Positions 23,349-34,483 of a stretch of DNA of 64,000 bases are shown piece by piece. The notes below the pieces were generated by a model that saw only the letters and a list, made by a program, of their open reading frames with translations, was not told where the DNA came from and searched no databases. Both the position numbers and the translations under genes were made by a program. The stretch lies in assembly GCA_951406725.2 (NCBI GenBank), contig OX597830.1, positions 63,922,001 to 63,986,000 on the forward strand, written 5' to 3'. Source of the DNA: Octopus vulgaris. Its lineage: Eukaryota. Within the stretch, counting starts at the first letter, position 1, and each line of letters starts with the position of its first letter.

Positions 23349-24160
23349 TTTATGCTTTACTTCATTCCTGTCTATGATAACTTTAAACCGGCAACTATTG
23401 TGCTTTGTAAAATATTTCCTGCATGAACTTTTATTAAAAGTGTGAGACACTTCAGTTTTTTTTCTTTTTTTTGTTTTAGTATTTTAGTTTTGTTTTCACC
23501 ATGAAAGCTAAGCTCATGCTGGAGTCCTTCTTTCAGAACTGTAATCATGTTTATGTTTGTCTCTCTCTCTCTGTACTTGACAACTAGTGTTGGTCTGTTT
23601 CCATACTTGTAACTTAGCGGTTCAGCAAAAAGTGCCCGATGTAATAAGTACTAGACTTAAAAATTCACACTGGGGTCGGTTTGATTGACTTAACCCTTTA
23701 TGATAGTACCCCTGCATAGCTGTAGATAATGACTGAAACAAGTAAAATTAACCTGTCTCCTCGTGACGAGAAATTCTTATTATTTGAAACGGGACAAGCT
23801 GGCAGAGTCATTAACATGCCAGACAAAATGCTTAGAAGCATTCCATCTGTCTTTAGGTTCAAATGCTACCAAGGTTGATTTTATCTTTCATCCTTTTGGG
23901 AGACGAGGAAGCATGAAATAAATACCAGTTGAGTGTTGATGTAATTGACTCGCTCCTTCTACAAGAAATTTTGGGACTTATGCTTGTAGAAGTACGGATT
24001 ATTTGAGAGAGAAGTGGTTTACAGAATCAGTGGAGTATCAGACAAAATGTCTTGTATTTAAATACTTTACATCTGATTTCAAAAACCACCAAACTGAAGT
24101 TGATCTTTAATCCACGCAGTTAATAAAATATACACCAATCATGTAACAGATACTATTTAA

Positions 24161-25203
24161 CCCTTTCGTTACCATTCACCGCCTTTACTCTTTACTCTCT
24201 TCTACTCTTTTATTTGTTTCAGTCATTTGACTGCGGCCATGCTGGATCACCGCCTTTAGTCGAGCAAATCGACCCCGGGACTTATTCTTTGTAAGCCCAG
24301 TACTTATTCTATCGGTCTCTTTTGCCGAACCGCTAAGTGATGGGGACGTAAACTCATCAGCATCGGTTGTCAAGCAATGCTAGAGGGACAAACACAGACA
24401 CACATACATATATACGACAGGCTTCTTTCAGTTTCCATTTACCAAATCCACTCACAAGGCATTGGTCGGCCCGAGGCTATAGCAGAAGACACTTGCCCAA
24501 GATGCCATGCAGTGGGACTGAACCCGGAACCATGTGGTTGGTAGGCAAGCTACTTACCACACAGCCACTCCAGCGCCTTTGTTTCAATTGATTTTGCAAT
24601 TAAACACTTAGTAAAGTAATTGTTGTCATTTAGGTGTAAGGGGGTGAGCTGGCAGAATCGTTAGCATCATGGACAAAATTCTTAGTAGCATTTCATCCTT
24701 CTTTATGTTCTGAGTTCAAATTCTGTGAAGCTTGATTTTGTCTTTCATCCTTTCAGGGTTGATGTAAAAATAAGCACCAGCTGAGCTCTGGGTTCAGCGT
24801 AATTGACCAGCACCTTCCCCTAAAATTTCCACCTTTATGCCTACAGCAGAAAGGATTTTTAAACTGTTGTAAGGCAGTGAGCTGGCAGAATCATTAGCAT
24901 GCTTAGCGGCATTTCACCTGCCTTTAGGTTCTGAGTTCAATTTCTGCCAAGGTCGACTTTGCTTGTATTCTTTCAGGATTGATAAAATAAGTACAAGTCA
25001 AGCACCAGAGTAGAGGTAATAAACTTCTTCCTTTCCTGGAACATGCTGGCCTTGTGTCAAAATTTGAAACCATTGTTGAGCAGATTTTCGGGACATAAAT
25101 AAAACCGAAATATTGAAGAAAGATTTTAATTTGAATCACTTTAGAACAAGAAGTTTGTGTCTTAGACTTGTGGAGGGCCTCAGGTAGGTTGGTATCAAAA
25201 GGG
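24161..25203. mobile_element. piggyBac-like MITE expanded by nested SINE insertions
   Basis: TTAA|ccctttcgttacc ... ggtatcaaaaggg|TTAA; internal pieces match the compact MITEs at 29530 and 31788. Confidence 0.65.
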
Positions 25204-26139
25204 TTAATCAACTCCCCTCTCCACCTGCCACACGTCTTTCAATGAAACATGTTAGCAATGGTTTACATGTAATATTTAATTAGAATACATCCTTGAGATA
25301 TTAAATATTACATTCTTTTGCAAAATTCAGTGGTGTCCACTGAGATGTACATTTAAGATTGTTCTCTACTGACAAAGACGTGGGTATGGGGTTAAGAAGT
25401 TTGCTTCAGTAATCACATGGGTTGAGGTTCAATTTCACTGAACAGCATTTTGGGTAAATGCCTTCTACAATAGCCCTGCACTAATCAAAGCCTTGTGAGA
25501 AGATTTGGTTGACGGAAACTGAAAGACGCTCATCATGTGGGTTATGCACTTGCATGCATAAATACATTTGTGTCCCCTTGTCTTGACATTGTGTCGTAAT
25601 TGAAAATGAGAACCCCTGTCATGCAAGCAGTAACATTCATTTCCATTATTCTGTGGAAACATGTCTGGTCATTGGGGAAATACTATCTTGTTTAGAAGCA
25701 TGTGAGGGTGGACAACAGGAAGGGCATCCAGCTGTAGAAAATCTGCCCAAATAGACTCCATCAGACTCATAGAAAAGTGGATGTTAAAATGATGGTGATC
25801 TATCATTTATTTGCTTCAGTCATTAGACTGCAGCCATGCTGGAGCACTGCCTTGAGGAATTTTGAGTCCAATGAACTGACCCTGCTACTTTTATTCTTTT
25901 TCTTTTTTAATAGTACATATTCTGTTGGTCTGTTTTGCCAAATGACCAAGTTATGGGGATGTAACCACCAACATCAACTGTCAAACAGTGGAAGACAAAT
26001 ACACACAAACACACACACATTCAATTTCTGCCAGCTTGCCACCTTATTAACAATAATAATCTTTTCTATTAGAAGTACAATGCCTGATAATGATAATAGC
26101 ATCCACTTTTCTGTCTTTTATGATCAGATGCCCTTCCTG

Positions 26140-26385
26140 TGGAGGCACGTAGCTTAGTGGTTAGGTGTTGAACTCATGATCGTAAGGTTGTGGTTTCGAT
26201 TCCTGGACCAGGTGATGTGTTGTGTTCTTGAGCAAAACACTTCATTTCATGTTGCTCCAGTCCACTCAGCTGGCAAAAATGAGTAATCCTGCGATGGACT
26301 GGCATCCCATCCAGGTGAGGAATTTCTACGCCACTGAAACCGGGAAACCAGCCCTTATGAACCTGGCATGGCTCGAGAAGAAGGA
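26140..26385 (+). mobile_element. tRNA-derived SINE, family E (copies ~12522-12778 -, 27030-27275 -, 52120-52375 +)
   Basis: tRNA-like head gtagcttagtggttagg...ggtttcgattcc; core ttgagcaaaacacttcatttc...cactcagctggcaaaaatgagta. Confidence 0.8.
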
Positions 26386-27485
26386 AAGATGCCCTTCCTG
26401 TCACCAGTCCTCACTTGTTTCCAAGCTAAGTAATGTTTTACAGTTGTCAGACATGTTTTGATTCAAGATTGGAAATGAGAGTTGTAAACAAGCATCACTG
26501 TCATACAAGCAGTGTTGCTCATTCCCAGTCTTTCATGAAAAAAAAACCAAAAATATTTGCACATGTGGAAATATTACTTTGCTCGGAAACATGTATGGGT
26601 TGGTGATAAGGTGGACATCTGGCCATAGAATATCTGCAGAAAGAAATTCCACCTGAGCCATGCAAGCATGAAAAAAACCTGATGTTGAAACAATGATGGT
26701 GATGATATGGTGATTCTGTAACCTCTTCAGAAATAATATCTGTTGCCACACACTTGGTCCTTCCTTAATTTTCCAGTTGCTATGTGTTGACAGGTATTTA
26801 TGCAGCTTTCTAACTTAATTTATATATATATAAAAATAAATAAATGCGCCCTTTTTAAAGCCTAGCCAGGCTCATGGACCCAGTTTCTATGGCGTATGTG
26901 TTCCCCAGCAACGTGAAATGAAGTGTTTTGCTCAAGAACATAAACGCATTGCCTGGTCCAGGAATCAAAACCACAATCTTACGATCATGATGCTGACACC
27001 CTAACCACTAAATGCCTCCACAAAAATGTTCCTTCTTAAACCATGCCAGACTCATAAGGGCCGGTTTCCCGGTTTCAGTGGCATAGAAATTCCCCACTTG
27101 GATGGGACACTGATCCGTCGCAGGATTACTTATCTTTGCCAGCTGAGTGGACTGGAGCAATGTGAAAATGAAGTGTTTTGCTCAAGAACACAACGCATCA
27201 CCCGGTCCAGGAATTGAAACCACAACCTTGCGATCATGAGTTCAACACTCTAACCACTAAGCTATGTGCCTCCACGACTTATTGTATATATATCATCATC
27301 ATCATTTAGCGTCCGCTTTCCATGCTAGCATGGGTTGGACGGTTCAACTGGGGTCTGTGAAGCCAGAAGGCTGCATCAGGCCCAGTCTGATCTGGCAGTG
27401 TTTCTACGGCTGGATGCCCTTCCCAACGCCAACCAATATATATATACATATATATATACACACACACACACGTGTGTATAAATAT

Positions 27486-27726
27486 ATATAATCTATATAA
27501 AGGTTACAATACATGCATTAAAGTGCTACTAATAGTTTCATATGTTGAGAAATATCTCAAACATAATCTTCAGATGCAAACCACAAATCATAATGAACCA
27601 AAGACATTTTCTGTAGTTCATTATGATATGTGGTTTGCGCCTGAGGAATATGTTTGAGTTTTCTCAACACATGAAACTATTTGTAGCACTTTAATACATG
27701 TATTGTAACATTTATATAGATTATAT
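27486..27726. repeat. Long imperfect foldback palindrome (~113-bp arms, ~17-nt loop)
   Basis: 27486-27598 is the reverse complement of 27616-27726 with roughly a dozen mismatches. Confidence 0.85.
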
Positions 27727-27945
27727 TTGTCTCTCACCAAATGGAGTACATTTTTTGTTGAATTTTCTACCACAGATCAGTACATTATATATATATGTGT
27801 GTGTAGTTGTTTTTTGTTCATTACCTTCCACCATTTCTATCTAATTTACTACTCATTTACAAACTTACATTATTTAGCTGTCTTCTTATTCTTCTTATAT
27901 ACATACATAATATATATAGATATGTAAGTACGTACATATATGTAC

Positions 27946-27999
<54 letters not shown>

Positions 28000-28011
28000 C
28001 ATATATATATT

Positions 28012-29168
28012 ACAGTGGCTCATGGGTGGATGTTGTCTACCTTGACTTTGCTAAGGCTTTCAACTCTGTGCCACACAAAAGGCTTATGGTGAAACTCTCT
28101 GCAATGGGTGTGGGGGATGACCTTTTTAACTGGTTGAAATCCTTCATCCCCAGCCGAAAGGAGGTAGTCACAGTTCTAGGACAGCACTCTACACCATATG
28201 AGATGTCATCGGGTGTACCACAGGGATCTGTCCTTGGTCCCCTCCTGTTTGTGGCATACATTAATGACATAGATGCCAATTTAAAGAATGCCACAGTATT
28301 GAAATATGCAGACGACATCAAGCTGTACCTTGAAATCAAGAGGACTGATCCTGATGTCTACAACTCTTTCCTGCAATCAGACCAAGACACAATGCAGCAA
28401 TGGATCACAGACTGGCAACTGAAACTGGCTGTGGACAAGTGTACCACCATGCATTTTGGGAGAAAAAACCCTGCGTCCACATACTCCCTTCACAACACTG
28501 ATATCAAGAAATCCTCTTGCGAGCGTGACCTAGGCATCACTGTCAGCAGTGATTTGCGTTGGACAAAGCATATCTCTAAAATTGTCAAGAAGGCCGAGGG
28601 TGTCTTGGCATCACTCAGCAAGACTTTTGTTAGCCGCTCTCCAGCCATCTATTTAAAACTGTATACAGCTATGGTACGACCACACTTGGAATTCGCATCA
28701 TCAGTTTGGAATCCCTATCTTGCTCAGAACATTGACCTCCTGGAATCTGTCCAGAGACATGCAACCAAACGCATACCCTCCATCAGACACCTACCATATT
28801 CTGAGCGCCTTGTTTCCCTGGGCATGGATTCACTGAAGCTCCGGCGTCTGGCGACGGACTTGGTAAACACCCACAAGGTTATCAACCACCTCACCAACAA
28901 CAACACTGAACACCTTTTTGATCTCCATGTGTCTAACACACGTGGACATGCCTACAAAGTCAGAAAACAGCACAGCTCCCATGACTTTCGGAAACATTTT
29001 TTCACGTTCAGGGTTGCTGAAGCGTGGAATAAACTGCCTGCATCAGTTGTTGACTGCCATGACACTGCATCCTTTAAGGCCCTCATGCTTCCCGAAATCC
29101 GTCGAAACTACACCTGATTATATATATACACTTTAGATGAGTTGTAGTGCACCTGAGCACTGTACACA

Positions 29169-29185
<17 letters not shown>
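28012..29185 (+). mobile_element. CR1-clade LINE, 5'-truncated, with uninterrupted RT-domain frame
   Basis: VDVVYLDFAKAFNSVPH, SGVPQGSVLGPLLF, KYADDIKLY, ERDLG, VRPHLEF...WNP, TRGH, WNKLP; stop at 29117; (ATT)n tail; inserted in (TA)n. Confidence 0.95.
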
Positions 29186-29199
<14 letters not shown>

Positions 29200-29225
29200 T
29201 ATACATACATATATATGCATATATT

Positions 29226-29259
<34 letters not shown>

Positions 29260-29529
29260 TATACATACATACAAACAAACAGTATACATATATAACAAAA
29301 CAGGAAAGTGGAAATGTTTTAGTATTATTTATTCTGCATTTGACATGTTTTTTATTTGCTGATAGGTGCTACAAAGATTTACATGTTATATACATATGTA
29401 AAGAATTTCTTATGAGAAATTTATGAGATAAAGAGAAAATTTTTGCTATATAATACAAAAATACACCTAGATGAAGCGTTTATATATACAACCTCCAATA
29501 CCATTCATAGCCATGACTTGATCCCTTAA

Positions 29530-29749
29530 CCCTTTCGTTACCATATCTATTTTGAGATGTTCTGTGTTTCTTTCAATTACGTTAAATATAACAAAGAATT
29601 TAGTAAATTAACTCAGTTATCATTCAACTAGTGTTAGGAACATAAATTGTGACTAATGTTTGGTGGAAGATTTTAATTCAAATTTTATGAAAACAAGACA
29701 TTTGTACTCAAAGCAAGAGCCAGTTTCAGCCAGGTTGGTAATGAAAGGG
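29530..29749. mobile_element. piggyBac-like MITE
   Basis: TTAA TSDs; TIRs ccctttcgttacc / ggtaatgaaaggg. Confidence 0.85.
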
Positions 29750-31787
29750 TTAACTTGACATTATCCATGGCATCCATCATAATCCCATAATGTTGAACTT
29801 TTCCCAGACATCTTTCATACACTAGCATTATCTATCCTATCAACTGCTTTCCTACTTTGTCCAAAAATTCTTTCCAGATAATAAACCTTGAAGTTAACTA
29901 AGTCACCTTGATCCATTGACTGGAGCAAAGAATCTGTGTTCTTAAGGTTGTGTTCCATTCTGATGTTATCAGAAACATCACCATCATCATCGTTTAACGT
30001 CCGTTTTCTATGCTGGCATGGGTTGGACGGTTTGACTAGGGACTGGCAAACTAGAAGACTGCACCAGGCTACAATCTGATCCAGCAAGGTTTCTACAGCT
30101 GGATGCATTTCCTAATGCCAACCACTCCGAGGGTATAGCGGATGCTTTTAATGTGTAACTGGCATGGGAACCAGTCAGGCAGCACTGGCAACAACCACAT
30201 GTGGATGGTACTTTTCATGTAGCACCATTTATGTCTATTTGGTGGGTTAGTGCCACATGTAAAAGGAGCAATACTTTGTAAGAAATATTACACCAAACAG
30301 TGTACCTTTGTATAGCAGGGCAGTAGGCTTGGAAAAGCACATGGCCCAGTGGTTAGAGCGTCAGGCTCACAAGCATGAGGTAGTGAGTTTGATTCCTAGA
30401 CTGGGCTGTATTCTTGAGCAAGACATTTTATTTGATGTTGCTCCATTTTACTTAGTTGTAGAATTGGGTTGTGATGTCACTGGTGCCAAGCCGTATCAGC
30501 CTTTGCCTTCCCCTTGGATAACATCGGTGCCATGGAGAGGGGAGGCTGTTATGCATGGGTGACTGCTGGTCTTTCATAAACAGCCTTGCCCAGATTGATA
30601 CCTTGGAGGAGAACTTTCTACGTGCAATCCCATGGTCATTCATGACCGATGAGGGTCTTTATCCCTTTAGTCTTGGAAAAGGTTCATAGTCACCCAATTC
30701 TTTTTATTTGAAAGCCAAATCACAGCTTGATTAAACTTAACACCTGAAACCTACCTATTGGTTAATTGTAATGATGCAAAAACAGAGACTTTCATTTCAT
30801 ATCACCAACATCATCGACAGTATTTCCTCATTCAAGAATTGTCATGGAATTATAAAAACCTTAATTCTTTAGCTTTTGAACTGACCATATATGGCCCAAA
30901 TATTCTTCCAGTTATATGCTCAAACTGTCAAAATCTGATCTCTTACACCTACCCTACAATGTCTTTGTAAAAATGAACAGTTACATCTCTGAGTAATTCA
31001 AAGCAATGCAAACTAATATACATTTGACAGAGTAATCATCATCATCATTTAATGTCTGCCTTCCATGCTGGCATGGGTGGGATGGTTTGACAAGAGCTGG
31101 CCAGGCAGAAGCCAGCAACACTCTTCTGTAACTGTTTTGCAGGATTTTTACAGCCGGATGCCCTTCCAAACACCACCATTCAGCAGAGTGGACTTAGTGT
31201 TTCTTACATGGCACAAGCACAGGTGAGGTTAGTTTTGGCAAGGTTTTTACAGCTGGATTCCCTTCCAAACAACAACCACTTTACAGTGTGGACTGGGTGC
31301 TTTTAAGTGGCACCTGCACTGACAGGGTCACCAAGTACTTGCAAGACAAAAAAAAAAAAATTAAATGCTAAATGGTTAAAGTTTGGTATCAGTTTTCTTC
31401 ACCGGAAATTTTTTTTAAATGTCCTGGCAGGCAATCACTTCCAGAAAAGCCAAACTTCATCAAAATTGTACACTCGTTCTGGTATGTAGCTTCTTTCAGC
31501 AATCAATTTCTTTGGTTTTTCAGGATAATTAATAACAGCCTCTACAACAGCAGTGGCAGCTTCACTGACTATTTTAATGTTGTAAAAAATAAGGCACTTC
31601 TTTAAACCTTTCAAACCAGTAGTTAATAACCAGAAAAGGATTTTGCATTACATGTTGCTCCATGGCCATTTTGCAAATTGCCATAAAAACTTTTAGCTTT
31701 CATATAGAAAAAACAATTTTGTTTATCAACACATAGCATTTCATCTGATCAGCAATCTACACACACAATAGAGACATTCCATATTAA

Positions 31788-31992
31788 CCCTTTTGTTACT
31801 GTATATATTTTGAGATGCTCTGTGTTTCTTTCAATTACTTTAAATATAACAAAGAATTTAGTAAAATAACTTAGTTATCATTCAGCTTGTATTAGGAACA
31901 TAAATTGTGACTTAGGTTTGGTGGAAGATTTTAATTAAAACCTTAAGCAAACAAGACATTTGTACAACAAAGCCGGGTTGGTAACAAAAGGG
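31788..31992. mobile_element. piggyBac-like MITE (same family as 29530)
   Basis: TTAA TSDs; cccttttgttac / gtaacaaaaggg; internal sequence alignable with 29530-29749. Confidence 0.85.
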
Positions 31993-32164
31993 TTAAACAT
32001 TGTATCAGATCTAAGCAAGAGAATATTTCTCCATGGTTGGTCATGTTTTTCTCAGAAGATTGGAAACAAAGGACACGTCTTGTGTGACAGTGATGCTCAT
32101 TCATGACTAGTGTGTGATATTAATGATATCAAAGTATAGAGTCATATACACATGCACACAAACT

Positions 32165-32204
<40 letters not shown>

Positions 32205-32279
32205 AGCAAATTAGCTTGTTAGAAAACCACTGTAAAAGATGAAACTATCTATACTGAGTAGTAATGCTTATCACCACTT

Positions 32280-32520
32280 GAGGCTTGAGGCTTCCACTTA
32301 AGGACTTGATTGATGAATTTTGTTCATCAAGAGTCTAACATGTTGCAGCCAATTCATTCAGCACTTGCGGATGATGATGTCTGCTGGGCATTGGTCTGTT
32401 CTTCTTTTGACCTCCTCACTGCTGATAAAGTTGTTCCATTTGATGTCCAGTATTTTCTGGAGACATCTGCTATCAAAAGTGTCCACTTTCTTTGACTGGT
32501 TTTCAGTTGCTATGGTTAAA
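32280..32520 (-). mobile_element. Short decayed RTE LINE fragment
   Basis: KKVDTFDSRCLQKILDIKWNNFISSEEVKRRTDQ. Confidence 0.65.
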
Positions 32521-33289
32521 TTCAATGACAATACTAAACAGGTGGGCAGAACAAAGTTTCTACTCAAAAATTAATTTAGAGCATGTAAAAAAATATTTCT
32601 TTATTATTAAAATATATGAGCAAATGATATGAAATTTATATAAAGCATATATCAAGATTTTTTATATTAAATAGCTAAATTATGCTTGTCCCAAACCAAT
32701 TAAATAAACAAATTAAATAATAAGAAAGCAAGAAAAAAAATATATTATGAAATTTCACACAAAATTTCAGATATGCATTAAATTTTGATATGTTCAGTGA
32801 ATAAAGCATTATTATTATTATTATTATTAGTGTTGTTGTTATTATTATTGGTGGTAGTTTCAGATTTTGCCACAAGGCCAGCAAGGACAGATGGTAAAGT
32901 TGATCTCAGTGGAATTTGAGGTCAGGACATACAGACAGATGAAATGCTGCTGAGCATTATGCCCAGCATGCTAATGATTCTGCCCACTCACTGCCTTCAT
33001 TAGTATAATTATGATCATCATCATCCTCATCATTTAACATCCATTGTCCATACTAGCATGGGTTGGACGGTTCCACCAGGGCTGGGAAGCTGGAAGGCTG
33101 CACCAGACTCCAGACTGATTCGGCATGATTTCTACAGCTGGATGCCCTTCCTAATGCCAACCACTCTTAGTCTGTAATGGGTGCTTTTATGTGCCAGCTG
33201 CACAGGTGCCATTTGTGTGACACCATGTTGCCAAAATTGTTAAAGCATCGGACAAATTGCTGAGCAGCATTTCTTGCAACTCTTTACAT

Positions 33290-33850
33290 TATTACTGACC
33301 TTTAGCGAAGGCAGAGGTATTGTTTTTCAGTCATGTTTGTTTGTCCGTAGTCAAGATATCTCAAGAACCACTGGACGGATTCAGATGAAACTTTCGGGGA
33401 TGTTTGGCCTCGTGACTGACCTGAACTAATTAAATTTTGGGAACCGGACAAGGGTTCTGGATTGTTATATCATGTTAACTTTCAAGTCTTTCTCAATTAT
33501 CTCCCTTTAGGCTGTAACTATTTTGAATGGTGAATCTGTTAACTTTGACTTGTATTAGATAAGGATAAACTATTTATTACTTATTACTGTTACTAAATTT
33601 TCTACAGCCACTGTCACATTCCATGACTATCATTGGGATCGATCAGGTACCAGGAAAGGATTCTGGATTATTTTTCAGGCTTGTTTTACTTAATGTCTGA
33701 GAGCGGTCGGGTTTGTTTTTAGTATTCTCGCTTGTGTGAGCAGACAAGTTTATTTCAAATATTCTCATTTTAAAAATCATCTCTGACTAATTGTTGAGAG
33801 GATGTTGGCGTTGCCTTGGTGGAGGTTTGCGCTCTCTGAGTGCTCTTGTT
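33290..33850 (+). mobile_element. Non-autonomous Helentron (HINE/DINE-like) element; 3' part repeated at 39148-39302
   Basis: 5' attac...gaggtattgttttt followed by a gtttgtttgtcc microsatellite; 3' ccttggtggaggtttgcgctctctgagtgc subterminal repeat and hairpin; T-rich insertion site. Confidence 0.6.
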
Positions 33851-33893
33851 ATTATTATTTTTACAATTATTATTATTATTATTTTTATAATTA

Positions 33894-34405
33894 ACTAGCA
33901 GTATCACCCGGCGTTGCTCGGGTTTGTAAGGGAAATAACTATATAAGCATTTTTAGTGAGCTATAGCAAAAAAATGCATTAAAAATGGAATAAAAAATGA
34001 TGGTAATTTTGGTGTCTTCAAGCCATGAAGTCGTTCTAAAAGAACGCTGGTCTCCTTGACAATGCTTTACGACGTTGATTTCCTAACACTCCCTTCCCCA
34101 CAGCTTCACCAGGGAGGGAAGAAGGGGGAGAAGCACACAGGTGCAGCTGTGAGCATGGATGCCAACTCCGCCGCCATCGACACACGAAAAATTAGGCATT
34201 AAAATGGAATAAAAAATGATGTTAAATTATTTTTAAAATCGTAGACTCATCGTTGACGCGCGCTAATAGCCAGACGGGCTCGATATGAATCACAACTATA
34301 AGATACCCGAATTTGGTTAAACTGCACCGCAAAATATGGGAGTAGTTAGGAATCTAAATCGAAGGGGACAGACACTCACACAACTACAGTTTTATATATA
34401 TAGAT
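33894..34405 (+). mobile_element. Non-autonomous rolling-circle (Helitron-like) element
   Basis: actagcagtatcacccggcgttgctcggg hairpin at one end, gacagacac...tttatatatatagat at the other; absent, without TSD, from the paralogous segment near 39580-39630. Confidence 0.65.
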
Positions 34406-34483
34406 ATTATTTCCTCAATTTTATGAAAGCAGAATAATTGCCTGTTTAACGTTATCATAGACAGGAATGTATTAAAGCCAGAA

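Noticed and set aside
27807-28011. Hydrophobic N-terminus of the 436-aa RT ORF, suggesting a membrane-anchored reverse transcriptase
   Set aside because: Chance in-frame read-through of flanking AT-rich DNA and (TA)n into a 5'-truncated CR1
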